In this document: one piece after another, positions 39,793 to 53,960 of the stretch
Position numbering within the stretch: the stretch's first letter is position 1
How the letters are laid out: the number at the start of each line of letters is the position of its first letter
Source: Octopus vulgaris
Lineage: Eukaryota
DNA: 64,000 bases
Assembly (NCBI GenBank): GCA_951406725.2
Contig: OX597815.1
Location: forward strand, 91,884,001-91,948,000
Reading direction: 5' to 3'
Notes under the pieces: model-generated
The model's input: the letters and a program-made list of their open reading frames with translations, nothing else
What the model was told of the DNA's origin: nothing
Databases searched by the model: none
Made by a program: the position numbers and the translations under genes

Positions 39793-40829
39793 AATAAAGT
39801 ATATATATGTAAAAGTGTGTATGTATATTTGTGTACACATTTTTCTGATTTGTGTGTATATATAGGAGTGTATGTGTATGCACATTTGTTTGTATTTCTG
39901 AGTGCATATATGTGCATGGTGTTCATGTATTTGTGTGTGTGCGTGTGTGTTTCTGTGTGTGTCTGGGTCTGTGTGTTAAGTTGTATTTGTTTCATTTCTG
40001 TGTTTTGAAGAAATTGTTTGTAAAAACGAAACCTTTCAAATAGAAATCTCATTAGGTTGGAAGCAAAATGTTGGGTCAAGAAAAACCTACAACAACAGCT
40101 GAAATCTTTAATCTTTATTTATTTGTTCATTTATTTCTTTTAACTTGAAAGCTGAGAAATCATACTATTAAGCAAAAAAAATAACACTAAAAACTCCACA
40201 TACTTCTCTTTCTCTCAAATTGTTTTTCCTTTTTTTTTGCTGCTGTACTACTATTGTTTTTCTCCTTAGCACTTTCTAAATTGCTTACATTGTACATTAG
40301 CTTCTAATCACTTCACTTTGTCCTTTATAACTTCTAATAATGATTTTACTCATACACAACTAATACTTATTTTTATCGACTCCACCCCCAAGGAAATAAG
40401 AAAATAAAATAAAGCTGTGCACTAATGTAATTTGAATACAAAATATGGACAGAAGAAATCATATACATACATGCATACGTGTGTATGCATGTGCATGCAC
40501 GCACGTGTATGTATGTATCTATATCATGTAAATTAAATTTGATCAGTAATCAATTCTAGCTACTAACTGAGTTAGAAATAAAGATTCTTTGATTATTATT
40601 ATCAATCACAAGAATGGGGGATTGCCAGAATCATTAAAACATTGGAAAAAATACTTTGAGGAATTTCTTCTCACTCTTTACACTCTGAGTTCAAGTCTAG
40701 CCAAGATTAATTTTGCCATTCATCTCACCACAATCAACAAAATAACTAGTCAAATACTGGTGCTGGTGGTATCAACTAACTTCTTTCCCTTCAAAATTGC
40801 TGCACTTGTGCCTAAATCAGAAACTATTG

Positions 40830-41400
40830 TTATTATTATTGAGTGAGAGAGCAGCGCATGCCATCTAAGTGACACTAGGGTACAAATATATAAAGCCCAG
40901 TATACCCATCACAACTACCCATCTGATAAGAGTGCATTAGGCATATGCATCACAACCACATGTGCACAACATGATGATCTCATATCAAGATAGACAGCAC
41001 ATGACCTTGCAGGTCAGGGCCCAGTTAGAATTTTCTTTGGTTTGAGTAACCCATCCCACTCAAAAGGTTCCTGAATAAGGTTTGTTTAAGTATGATGAAT
41101 GAAACACCCATGTCTCCAGAGGTGAATTATTCAAACCCAAGGAATTGTTTTCAACACATGGCTATGATGCTCTCCCACTACTTGTGCTCATGATCAGAGA
41201 TGCACATATTGTCAACCACTAAGGGACATGCTCAACTGGTTACGGTCAAGCAACTGACAAGCAAATTTGTGGTAATGAGCAGAATACTTGCTGTAGCCCA
41301 TCTTTTATACTAAGACAAAGCAATGTACATGGTAACACTTCCAATTAGTTAAGATCAAAAACCATGAGAACCACTGCCTGGTATTGCATCAGGGCATTTG
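40830..41400 (-). mobile_element. Non-coding interspersed element with (TAA)n tail, possibly mobilised by R4/Dong
   Basis: A higher-complexity 560-bp block bounded by (TTA)n and (TTG)n tracts, like the R4 copy at 7515-9572. No ORF. Confidence 0.4.
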
Positions 41401-41684
41401 TTTTGTTATTGTTGTTGTTCAGTAATATAAGTACAGGCGTGGCTGTGTGGTAAGAAGTTTCCTTCCTAACCACATGGTTCTGGGTACAGTCCTACTGTGT
41501 GGTACCTCTAGCAATTGAACAAGGCCTTGTGAGTGAATTTGGTTAATGAAAACTGAAAGATCATATATATTCATCTTATTTTACCTATCATTACTTTAGT
41601 GGAATTATTTTAATGTTCATCCAACTTTGTAGTAAGCCAATGAAAGAGGCTTTATATTACAAACACAATAATTAGACAAGATAT

Positions 41685-42390
41685 TCATCATCATCATCAT
41701 CATCATTTTCATTTAATGTCCATACTGGCATGGGTTGGATGGTTTGACCAGGGCTGGCAAGCTGAGGGGTTGCACCAGACTCTAGTCTGATTTGGCATGG
41801 TTTCTACAGCTGGATACCCTTCCTAACACCAACCACTCCAAGAGTGTAATGGGTGCTTTTATGTGCCACCGGCATGGGTGCCAGTTGCATGACATGAGTA
41901 TCTGTCATGACTATAATTTCACTTAGCTTGATGGATCTTCCTTTCAAGCACAGCAAATCACCAAGGGTCTTGCTCATTTGTCATTGCCTCTGTGAGGCCC
42001 AATGCTCAAAGATGTGTTTTATGTGCCACCAGCATGGGTGCTAGTTAAGCAACACTGGCATCGGCCACAACTATAATTACACTTGGTTTGACGGGTCTTC
42101 TCAAGCACAGCATGTTGCCAAAGCTCTCGGTCACTAGTCATTGCCTCTGTGAGGTCCAACAATTGAAAATCATACTCCACCACCTTGTCCCATATCTTTC
42201 TCTACCACAGGTTCCCTCCACAGTTAGAGATCGGCACTTCTTTACACAGCTGTCCTTGTCAATATGCATCACATGACCATACCAGCACAGTCGTCTCTCT
42301 TTCATACCACATCTGATGCCTTTTATACCCAACTTTTCTCTCAAGATACTTACACTCTGTCGAACATGCACACTGACTGGACATCCAGCA
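41685..42390 (-). mobile_element. RTE LINE 3' fragment with UTR and (GAT)n tail
   Basis: LREKLGIKGIRCGMKERRLCWYGHVM...VKKCRSLTVEG is homologous to 56690-56940. Confidence 0.85.
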
Positions 42391-44849
42391 AAGAAATTAA
42401 ACAGGAAAGATTAGTGGTTAGGCTGAGTTAGAGCATTCCACAAACCTGTTCATTTACCATTTCTTAAAATGTATGAGTGCATTCAAATGCACCAGTAAGC
42501 ACTTATGTCTCTTATTCAGATATTTGGAGATGAAAAAACCTACATCTTCATCATAATGTCTTAGCTTTAATTTTACTAAAATATGTCTTTTGTATGTAGC
42601 ACCATACCATTATTGTGTGATGAAGAAGAAGCAACAATAATTGCAGATGAAAACCTACAAACAGCTGATAAAAACACAAAAGGAAAAAAAATCACTACAA
42701 GATTCAGCATAAAAATAAAAGAAATGAGTGATGGGAAACAATGACATAGATTTCTAAGTAGTTGTCACTTTTGTATTACAGCACAGGCAAGTGATCAATG
42801 CAAAGCTAACAAAGGATGGAGTTGCAAGTCTTAAAAACACATAAAGGCCACAGAGCCATATCAGAATTGTACCCAATAGAAGGTTCTGTGACAAACTGCA
42901 TGAGATTAAGGTTACAGGATAGAAGTCTTGGTTGCTACATTTGTCATATATATATATATGTATATAAGTATGTGTGTATCTGCATGAACTTTAAAATCCT
43001 AATATATCCTCCCATATATTGTATAATGTCTCTCACCCCTCCCTTTCTTATTTGTAAATGTGTCTCTCACTCTCTACATCTTCTTTTCTTCATATTACTA
43101 TATTAAATTTTCATTGAGTCATTCTTAATTCTCTCTTTGAGACACAATTTATTCAAGCATTGCCAAATTAAACTTTCTTTGGAGTACTTGTAAAAAAGAG
43201 CTATAATTTCACAAGAAACGTCTTCCCCAATACCTGGGGAACAGACAACAACAAAAAAAGTTTGTGCAGCTCTAACATAGTCGAGCTTGAAGAGTTTATC
43301 TCAAAGAGGAACAGCCACTCTTCTATTGTAGCATAACAAGAGAAGCACTTCTGAAACTTACTTCTGAAACTTACTTGCAGTCCCTGACCTGAAAGTCCTC
43401 TAGCAGTGACTATTTTGTCCAGAATCACTCCTCAACCATCATCACTCATATCCTCCACTAACTCTCTGCAGAATATGAAAGTTGATGTTCCACCAATCAC
43501 AAGGTTGAACAGGTGCATTGCAATGTGCACCTGGCAACATTCCTAATGCCAAACAATCAACATCAGTTGTGCCTGACCCAGAAGTGCAGTTCTCTCAAAA
43601 ATGAGCCGTAGAAATACATGTCACACAAGCAGTAACCACATCTGTTTTCTCTCATCCAGGAATCTCTGTAAACATATGAGCCTTAGCACATATTTGTGCT
43701 TCATTAACCACAGATTCTTGAAACCCCATTGGCATAGATATTGGCAGCAAATGTATCTCCTGACTAGCAGAACCTGCTTTTTCCACAAGAAACAAAAGAG
43801 TATATGCTCTAGTCTAATCAGAAGTGTCCTGTGACAAAACACGGAGGCCATACTATAGTGATGTAGATACCAACCACTTCTGCTCGACCTTTAAGAAACA
43901 GCTTCCTTTCAGCTCTGAGTCAGACTGGCTACCCTACTTATAACTTTTCCAATTGTATTAACCTGGAGTTCTGGTGTAACCCAGACCCCTAGCGCTATAA
44001 CTGGGCACTTGGTTCAGTAACAGAAGCTGCAAACCTGCATAAATTTGCCTCTCTGGATTCTGAGTTCAAAATCGACCAACTTGATCTGGTTAATGCATAA
44101 TTCTATCAACTCTAGAAATTCCTCCAGAATGGTACTAACAACTTCAGTTTCTGTCATTTTGACACCACCATCAGCATAGGTAGACATGGCTCTACTTTGT
44201 CCCAATTAGAGCAGTTAGTTCAGTGTCTTTGACTCCTGCAGCGATGATTCTTGCGCTAAAACATATAGATAAGACAGGAGTGGGAAGAAGTAAAACTATT
44301 CCAAAGGCTGGTCATTTAGCTTGACCACTGAACCAATGCCATTATACATTGTAGCAATCTAGTCTCCAAAGCTGGGATAAAAACTGACTATGCTTAGAAC
44401 TGATATGAATTAATCTAGCAAAGCCAGATCCTGCCCCATGGTGTGTTTCATGAGGTAAAGATTGTCATGGATAGAGCTGCTGGATCACACAAGCCCATAC
44501 GTTTCTAATTATAATGCCAACAAGCACCAGCTTTTAAGGTCTGAGTTGAACAGAATCATAGGCCTGAAGCCGTCTGTTTTGTATTCTTTTGTTAGTGTCC
44601 TTTCTTAGTCACATCATTCCCCAACGCACATAACCTAGAAAGCTCCTAGTCTGCTATCTGTTGCAACAGGTAACTGCAAAGACAGTAATGAACAAGTCAA
44701 GTAAGGCATGTGACAGAAAAGTCTGTGCTGCAACCCTTCCAGTCCTGGTGATTTTCTCATCACACAATCACTCATCATGTTTGCTGCTGCTACTGAAATT
44801 GTTGTTTGCAGCACACTGAATCTTCAGATGATAATCATATCAGACAGTT

Positions 44850-44886
<37 letters not shown>

Positions 44887-45135
44887 GGTGGTGGTGGTGG
44901 TGGTGGTGGTGGTGGTGGTGGCGGCGGTAGTAGTGGTAGTAGTAGTGGTTGTGGTGATTTTGATCGTGGTCATGGTGGTGGTGGTTGTGGTGGTGGTGGT
45001 GGTGGTTGTGGTAGTGGTGGTGGTGGTGGTGGTAGCAGCAGCAGTAGTAGTAGAGATAATAAAAGCCACAACAATGAAATTGATGAAAATGAAGATAACA
45101 ACAATGATGACTATAAGGAGGAGGAGGAGGAGGAG
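44850..45135. repeat. Compound trinucleotide microsatellite (GTA)n(GTG)n...(GAG)n
   Basis: Seen directly in the sequence. Confidence 0.95.
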
Positions 45136-45768
45136 TGGGAGGAGTACAACAAAGCTGATACTGATGAGATATTAGAGATTTGTACTGGAAAGTTAACAAA
45201 CAATTTACTCCATCAATGAGGTTTTTCTCCCCTAATTAAAAAGAAGTTGTTGAAATCCTTGCAAAGAAGAGTCATTCTTTAAGTTTAGTGCAATCAATAG
45301 TTTCCATTTTATCAAAAATAAAAAAACAAACACAGACCACAATACTTAGATAGATCCCCGGTATTTACATTAATCAATACATACTACTACTACTACTACT
45401 ACTACTACACACATATTCATAATCAACATTTATGCGTACATGCATGTATGTGTGTGTGTGTGTGAGTGAATTCATTTATATATATATATATATATTAAAG
45501 TACTTGGTTTATATAAATAAATATAAATATATATATATACATATACAAATTTAAATATACATACATGTACATTTATGTCTATGTATTTACATATACATAT
45601 AAATAGATAGATAAATAAATTGGATGTATAATCTGTGTATACGTGTGTGTGTGTGTGTATAGAAAGAGAGAGAGAGAGAGAGAGAGGTAATTATGCAGAT
45701 AAACAAATTAGATACATTAAATATATTAAATAAAATAGTTAGGGTATGAAATACAAAATATGTATATA

Positions 45769-46065
45769 TGTTGTGGGATGACGTCAGCAGCTGGACGTCA
45801 GCAGCCGGGTGCGTTGACCGGAAGCTGGGGCAATCGGAAGGGGTCAGCCATCAGGTGTGCGCAGGGAGCGGGGAATTGCGCCCTTTCCAACGTGGGTCGT
45901 GCAGGTGACAAGACGTGTGAGGACGTCGCTAAGGGCTTGGGCTAGCAGCTGCTATCGTTAGTGTTCGGGTCGGGGCTGCATGGAAGGACTAGTCACCACT
46001 GGAGGGTCTCCGTCACTAAGAAGAGAAGGTAGGTGCCTCTATATTCAAATCGCGCACACACTACA
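45769..46065. mobile_element. Probable short solo LTR (297 bp), GC/CpG-rich
   Basis: TGTTGTG...CACTACA termini with flanks TATATA and TATGTA. Abrupt GC shift against AT-rich flanks. Contains TGACGTCA and CCGGAAG. Confidence 0.6.
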
Positions 46066-46167
46066 TATGTACACATACTAAAGACATTGAAGTTTAGTTT
46101 GAATTTTTTGAGCATTACTAAGTATCTTTTATACTGAGAATCTCTGGACCTCATCTGTGGACTACAA

Positions 46168-46205
<38 letters not shown>

Positions 46206-46277
46206 TAAGAGAGAGAGAGAGAGAAATGGAGATATAATTTGTATACATGTGTATATAAATATATATATAAATATATA

Positions 46278-46652
46278 GTAGAGCGTTAAGAGCACCATCT
46301 GAGCATGATCGTTGCCAGAGCAGCTGACTGGCTTCCATGCCGGTGGCATGCGAAAAAAACTTTTGAGTGAGGTCATTGCCAGTGCTGCTGGACTGGTTCC
46401 TGTGAAGGTGGAACGTAAAAAACACCTTTTGAACATAGCTGTTGCCAGTACTGCCTGACTGGCCCTCGTGCTGGTGGCATGTAAAAGCACCCATTACACT
46501 CTAGGAGTGGTTGGTGTTAGGAAGGGAATCCAGCTGTAGAAACTCTGCCAGATCAGATTGGAGCCTGATGCAGCCATCTGGTTCACCAGTCCTCAGTCAA
46601 ATCGTCCAACCCATGCTAGCATGGAAAGAGGAAGTTAAATGATGATGATGAT
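46278..46652 (+). mobile_element. RTE 3' UTR fragment with internal ~60-bp repeats and (GAT)n tail
   Basis: Three TTGCCAG...ACTGG...GGTGG...AAAA units, then CCAACCCATGCTAGCATGGAAA...(GAT)n. Confidence 0.75.
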
Positions 46653-46779
46653 ATATATACACTATGCAATTTATGTAATATATAAATTGTGAAGCATTGA
46701 ATGCAGAATGAAAGCAAGGTAACACATGATGGACAAGTTTGAATAGATGTTACATTACCTTAGTTCTTAATAGGAAATG

Positions 46780-46821
46780 AAAGTTTTGACATTTCAGACA
46801 TTAGCTCTTCATCAGAAAAAC
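46780..46821 (-). ncRNA. Degenerate minimal hammerhead motif
   Basis: Minus strand: TTTT-CTGATGA-AGAGCTAATGTCT-GAAA-TG-TC-AAAA. Stem II is imperfect. Confidence 0.4.
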
Positions 46822-47494
46822 AAATTTGGAAGCAAAGTATAGATGGAGAATGAAAGAGAAAAAGTGGTTCAAGGAAAAAAAGGCAAGGGGTCAGGTAGAA
46901 GGTGGTTCTATGGGGAGGAGGAGGTTAGAGGGGGTAAGAGTCAGGTTACACATATAGGTGTTTATTTGTGTATTGAGAAGGGCATGGGGAAGGAGGTTTG
47001 CAGATGTGGATTTTTGGGAGTGTGTGTATATGTGTGGAGCTGGGCAAGTGTGGAAATGTAGTGATGTGAATGTGTTATATTGTCTGCATAGAAAGAATTG
47101 GTGACAAAGGCGTTAAATACAGATGTCAAAGAAAGTGGGAGCGACAGAGTGGGAGGAAGGTGTGTGAGGGAATGAGAAATTGTGTGTGCAACTCTATGTA
47201 CATGCAGGTGTGTGTGTTGTTGTGCATTCTTGTGCAGGTGTTTGTTTATTTGTGTATGGTAGGAAGAGTGGACATGTGTGTGTGTGTGAGGTGTGTGTGT
47301 GCATATATGTGTATGTAAACAAAGCTTGCTTTGTAGAAAGTGTTGAGATGTATGGTAAAGCACTTGACTGGTAACCACAGAGATGTGAGTTCTAGTCTCA
47401 TAGCTGGCCGCTGACAAGATTTTCTGCAATATAAGGATATTATCCTATTCATGCTGTTCTTGCATTATTCTGCACTTGAGAATAAATTATCTCC

Positions 47495-47556
<62 letters not shown>

Positions 47557-48197
47557 TACACACCCACACACACATATAGTTCAAATTTATATGTAATAGA
47601 TATAAGTGTGACAATGTAGTTCCAACAATACAGTTACAGGTTCAGTCCTACTGTATAGTACTTCAGGCAAGTGTCTTTTCTTTTACTATAACCTGGGCCA
47701 ACCAAAGCTTTGTGAGTGAATTTGGTAGATACATATATACATATGTGTGTGTGTGCATGCATGTTTGTGGGGTATTTGTGTTCTCCTTGTATTGATATCA
47801 CATGATTGTTGTAAAGGAATATTTTGGGCCAAGGGCCAAGAGTTTCATGCATGGCACTTATCAAACTGGTTTCAAATTAGGAGGATTCTATTTATAAAGA
47901 CTGACAAATGATAATAAATATAACTCTCTCGATTGTTCTAAAAAAAATTTTGAAAAATTTGAATGGTCATGTAAATAATGTATATCATCAAAATAGTCTG
48001 TCCATTAAGCAGTTCAATAAATGCATCAACATATGCACTCAAAAAATAAAGTGAAATAAAATAAAAGAAATAAGGGTAAAGTAAAATTGGTGAAAGGAAA
48101 AGAGAAAGAATAAACACACAACATATACACGCACATAAACAAATATGCCTGTACATTTTGCACACATGCATGTACATACAAAATATGCACACACACA

Positions 48198-48236
<39 letters not shown>

Positions 48237-49199
48237 ATGTGTGTATTGAAAGGGTTAAGCAGTTACACATGAGTAAATCTATACTGAAAAACAAAATGAA
48301 AATGCTTTGAGAACTTTATCATGGGTAACAGAAAGAATTTACATTTTTATCAAAATATGCTACCAGCTTCAATTGTTTAAAAAGAAAATTTAATCATGCT
48401 GAAAGTGAAAGGAATGTAAAGTGAAATAAATTAAATTAAATTGCAGTAGCATCAGCACAAAGCAGTGATGCAGAATAAATGGACTTTAAGTTAATTAGAA
48501 TATGTTTGGGACATATTTTAACTTCTAAAGGCAAATTCACTGTAGTTACTGGGGAGAAAAACCCTCACTTATTGTAAAAAGAGTGAAAATACCATATCTG
48601 TCTTGTGTTTCCTCCTAGTGGACAGTAGATAAATGTTTTATTCCACAACATATTTGTAGTAGCTTCATGCAGGCATAGCATGGATTCAATCCTCAATTGC
48701 CAAATTTCACTTAACACTTCAACAGAGCTTTTCTTATGGTAAAACAATAGTTTTCTGTGAATGACAGCAGTTATACATTTCCCAGATGCATTCACTAAGC
48801 AGAATAATGCCTTTGCAGCGTGACCCTTCTAACCCCTTCTAGACCACCACTGGCTGGAATGGAGATAACAGACCTCCAACAAAATCATTTGTTCTCAACA
48901 ATATGTCTATCTTTCTGGCTGCTTTTTGATAGTTATAAAAACAAGAACTCCATAAGCTAAAGGCAGTTACTGAGAGCAACCATCAGTGAGTGTAAACGTT
49001 ATTATTGCACTTTCTTCAAACACTTCATTTAAGTTTATATAACCTCTCTCACCAACCTCCAATAATCTTTCTCGCCAACCTGCGAAAACCTCTCTCACCA
49101 ACCTCCAACAATCTCTCCCTCCTCAAGCTGACAGTTTTTTGTACTTTTTCATGGCGGAAAATACACCTTTTGTGGCAGTTATAATGAAATTGCTTTCTC

Positions 49200-49267
49200 A
49201 TATCAGAGTAATAATGCATTTCAATAGAACATCTTTACCCCCGGGAATTACCAGGTACACCAGCTAG
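49200..49267 (+). mobile_element. Helitron 3' end
   Basis: Hairpin CCCGGGAATTACCAGG shortly upstream of CTAG|T. Confidence 0.5.
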
Positions 49268-49272
49268 TATAC

Positions 49273-49318
<46 letters not shown>

Positions 49319-49570
49319 TGTGTGTGTGTGTGTACATTGTGTGTGTATACATGTGTGCACATGTATAGGTACATTTGTTTAGGTGTGTGCTTGTATGTTA
49401 TGCATGTATACTTTCTCCTTTCCTTTCACTGAATTTATTTTATCTTAATTTCTTTCATTTTATTTTATTTTATTTATTTATTCATTTACTGAACAGCTTA
49501 ATAGGCAGACAATTTGAAAAAATATGCATTATTCACACAACCATCTAATTTTTTCGACTTTTCTAATTGA

Positions 49571-49644
<74 letters not shown>

Positions 49645-49645
<1 letters not shown>

Positions 49646-50085
49646 TGATTGATTCTAGTTTCAGCTTATGAGCTGTGGCCATGCTGGGGCACCGCCATTT
49701 GGTGTTGCTACTTGGTTTCACTTCATGGAGGCTTTCTAGCAACTGCTATTTGGTGCATGAGAGAGTTCGATGCAGCTGCCCTCATCTGCCCCTCCTGCCG
49801 TGAAGTTGGTTCATCTGGGACACCTGACAGGAAGAGATCCAGCTTCATTTTAAAGACATCTGTATCCACCCCATGCAGGTCTCTCAGGTTCTTCGGGAGG
49901 ATATTGAAGAGCTGTGGGCCTCGGAAGCCCAGGCTATCACAGAATCTTGTCCTACATCTTGATGGCAGGTTTGGAGTCCTAGGCACCACGCAGTGGCGCC
50001 CAGTTCTGGCATTTGCGTAACTCTCGATGCCAAAGTTCAGGACATTTCCCTCCAGGATCTTCCAGATGTATATTATGGCATATCT
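49645..50085 (-). mobile_element. CR1/Jockey-group LINE 3' fragment inserted in (TA)n
   Basis: RYAIIYIWKILEG...RTGRHC...GPQLFNILPKNLR...FKMKLDLFLSGVPDEP. Short (AATC)n tail. Confidence 0.8.
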
Positions 50086-50136
50086 ACATATATATATATA
50101 TATATATTTTAATTGTATAAATATATGCATACATTG

Positions 50137-50178
<42 letters not shown>

Positions 50179-50199
50179 AATTGTATAAATATATGCATA

Positions 50200-50253
<54 letters not shown>

Positions 50254-50569
50254 TTATATGTATGTATGTATATTTGTGCACATACATATACACGTGCCCC
50301 CTTATTTAAATTCTTACAAGTGGTATTCTAGTTTGGTGCATGAAATAAATGAAATAAATGGGGCATGTTATGCATATGTGTATGAATATGTGTGTCAGTG
50401 TATGCGTTTATCTGCACATGTGTTTATTTGTGTGAGCATGCAAATATGTGAGAGATAGACAATTTGCATTTATATAAGCTAATACCAATCAATATCTTCA
50501 TTATACATTGAGTGTGATCATCATCAGAATTTTATGACCGTTCTTCCATGCTAGTAAGCAAATATATAT

Positions 50570-52522
50570 TTGGGAAACTTCAGCGGTCCGACTTGCCAGG
50601 AAGGAACGTCAGACTGCTGAACGGGAATACAAGTTGCATAAATCAGACACCAACAGGAAAAAGCAGAATAAATCTTCCAACCATCTCAAGCAAGTGACTA
50701 AAAAAGCAGTGCTTGAATTTGAACAGTGCATAGCAGCCAATCCTGACAGCAAGGTTTTCTGGAAATATGTGCATTCAAAGCAGAGACCTCACTCTCCAGT
50801 GGGCCCTCTTCGCAACCTTCACACAAACCAGATCACTGACGATCCCAAGGAATGTGCAGAACTCATTGCCAAGTGCTATGCAAACATATTCACTGTTGAA
50901 AATCAAAATGTACCATCTTCACCATCTCTAACAGCAAATTCCATAACAACTATGGAATTTACACCTGCAATGCTGCGACGTCACCTTCAAAATAAGCGCA
51001 ACTATGCCTCCCCTGGTCTTGATGGAGTTACATACCTGCTTCTCAAACGTGGTAGGTACTTCCTTTTACACTAGCTTTCTATTTTTTTCCAGTACTGTCT
51101 CAACAATGGTGCTACTCCGGAGCAATGAAAAACTGCCAGTGTCATTCCTCTGTTCAAAAAGGGCAACCGCACATCACCTGTCAACTATCGCCCAGTCAGT
51201 CTCACTAGCTGTATTGCAAAACTGATGGAATCATGTGTCAGAGAAACACTTTGGAACCTCTGGAGTTCTCACAGTCTCATCCAACCCTCACAATATGGAT
51301 TTGTCCCTAACTCCAGCTGCAGTGATCAGCTTGTCGAGTTCCTTGAGGACATTACTCAGATCACTGACAGTGGCTCATGGGTGGATGTTGTCTACCTTGA
51401 CTTTGCTAAGGCTTTCAACTCTGTGCCACACAAAAGGCTTATGGTGAAACTCTCTGCAATGGGTGTGAGGGATGATCTTTTTAACTGGTTGAAATCCTTC
51501 ATTCTCAGCCGAAAGGAGGTAGTCACAGTTCTAGGACAGCATTCTACACCATGTCATCGGGTGTACCACAGGGATCTGTTCTTGGTCCCCTCTTGTTTGT
51601 GGCATACATTAATGACATAGATGCCAATTTAAAGAATGCCACAGTATTGAAATATGCAGACGACATCAAGCTGTACCTTGAAATCAAGAGGACAGATCCT
51701 GTTGTCTACAGCTCTTTCCTGCAATCAGACCTGGACACAATGCAGCAATGGATCACAGACTGGCAACTGAAACTGGCTGTGGACAAACGTACCACCATGC
51801 ATTTTGGGAGAAAAAACCCTGCGTCCACATACTCCCTCCACAACATTGATATCAAGAAATCCTCTTGCGAGCGTGACCTAGGCATCACTGTCAGCAGTGA
51901 TTTGTGTTGGACAAAGCATATCTCTAAAATTGTCAAGAAGGCTGAGGGTGTCTTGGCATCACTCAGCAAGACTTTTGTTAGCCGCTCTCCAGCCATTTAT
52001 TTAAAGCTATGGTACGACCACACTTGGAATTCACATCATCAGTTTGGAACCCCTATCTTGCTCAGAACATTGACCTCCTGGAATCTGTTCAGAGACATGC
52101 AACCAAACGCATACCCTCCATCAGACACCTACCATACTCTGAGTGCCTTGTTTCCCTGGGCATGGATTCACTGAAGCTCCGGCATCTGGCGATGGACTTG
52201 GTAAACACCCACAAAATTATCAATCACCTCACCAACAACCACACTGAACACCTTTTTGATCTCCATGTGTCCAACACACGTGGACATGCCTACAAAGTCA
52301 GAAAACAACACAGCTCCCATGACTTTCGGAAACATTTTTTCATGCTCAGAGTTGCTGAAGCATGGAACAAACTGCCTGCGTCAGTTGTTGACTGCCATGA
52401 CACTGCATCCTTTAAGGCCCTCATGCTTTCCAAAATCCTCCAAAACTACACCTGATTATACATACACTTTAAATGAGTTGTAGTACACCTGAGCACTGTA
52501 CACAATGTTTTTATTATTATTA
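50570..52522 (+). mobile_element. 5'-truncated CR1-type LINE with RT domain, pseudogenised
   Basis: NYRPVSLTS, QYGF, YLDFAKAFNSVPH, GVPQGSVLGPLLF, YADD and ERDLG motifs. (TTA)n tail. Stops and frameshifts present. Confidence 0.92.
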
Positions 52523-52524
52523 TA

Positions 52525-53781
52525 CAGAGTGTCACCAAAAAATGTATACACACTTTAAATAATTGTAAAGAAGGTATTTATAAAAATACATTTCATTTTC
52601 AAAATTTAATAGAATCTACAGACATTATTTTATTGTTTTGTCAATGCCTGTTTTCAAACTGACGTCCATTCTGGTCCAGGCACTGCCAAAAATGCAAAAC
52701 AAATTGAATCATAAACATCACAAAACAGTTTGTTTGGTATTTGTGTGCATTCTCATTCAACAGTTGCTCTCAAATCAGCGACTGTTGCAGGTTTCATAGC
52801 ATAGATTTTGTCTTTTATGTATCCCCATATCCCCATAAAAAAAAAATCTAGTGGTGTGAGGTCTGGCAAACACGGAGGGTATTCAACAAAACTCCTTCAT
52901 CCAATCCACCTGTTTGGCAAGATCTCATCAAGGAAGGATCTAGCATCACAATGGCTGTGTGCCTCATCTTGCTGAAAATAAAACTCCTCATCTTCAAAGA
53001 CTTCTCTAATGCTTGGCATGACAGACTATTGCCACAAGTTCAAGTGAACAGGACCAGTCATAGTAGCATCAAAAAAGAATGGTCCAATCAATCCTCTTGA
53101 TGATAAGCCACACCACACTGTAACTCCTGGTAAATTAGCATGGTGTTCCACCATAACATGCAGATTCTCAGGTCTCCAGTAGGTGCAATTGAACCATTTA
53201 ATTTGAATGTGGCCTCATCACTCCACACAGTCTTTGTTGCAAAGTGTGCATCTTCTACACATCGTGCCAAGTACCACTTGAAATACAGCACTCTTCAGTC
53301 TGGATCATCATCATAAATAGCATGGACTAATCTTGGAACATAACTTTTCCATTGACAACACTTCAAAATGTGTTGGACAGACGATTTTGAAATACTTACC
53401 CCACGACTCACTTGCCGCACAGATTTTCCTGAACTTTGGTGATACGTTTCCGGCACTCCTTGCTTTGTGGGGGTTGTCGATGATCATTGTCCTCTGGAAC
53501 ACCTCTCGTGAACATTCTGAACTGTTCCATCAGCTTCAAACTTATCTTTAATTTGAGTGATGGTGAGTCGCGTTGGTGGATCTGTTTGAAACTCGCTCCT
53601 AAACTGTCTTTGCACTTCAACTGCATTTTCACACTTCTAGTAGCATTTTAGAATGAATTTCCTTTGTTTAAAGCTTAGTCTGACTGCCATCATTAATTCC
53701 AATTGGTTTCATCAGGAAAGAAAAAACATCAGTTGAGTTATCAGCTGCTAAAGTGTGTTTACATTTTGGGGGGACACCCTG
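52525..53781 (-). mobile_element. Full-length degenerate Tc1/mariner-superfamily transposon with TA TSD
   Basis: TIRs TA-CAGAGTGTCACCAAAAAATGTATACACACTTT and AAAGTGTGTTTACATTTTGGGGGGACACCCTG-TA. Peptides [18 protein letters not shown] and PDLTPLDFFLWG. Confidence 0.88.
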
Positions 53782-53808
53782 TATATATGCATGTCCAGTA
53801 AATGAAAT

Positions 53809-53960
53809 AGGTGCAAGCATGGCTCTGTGATAAGAAGCTTGTTTTTAAACCACATGGTTGCAGGTTCAGTCTCACTGTGTGGTACCTTTGGAAACTGTGT
53901 TCTACCATAGCCTCAGGCCAACCAAAGCCTTGTGAGTGAATTTGGTAAATAGAAACTGAA
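53809..53960 (+). mobile_element. SINE 5' half
   Basis: GGTGCAAGCATGGCTCTGTGATAAGAAGCTTG...CCAAAGCCTTGTGAGTGAATTTGGTA. Confidence 0.7.

Noticed and set aside
43140-44750. Very old LINE-like 5'/endonuclease region on the minus strand
   Set aside because: Composition is suggestive but I could not read a diagnostic motif.
44777-45219. Poly-Val/Gly/Thr/His ORFs
   Set aside because: Translations of a trinucleotide microsatellite.
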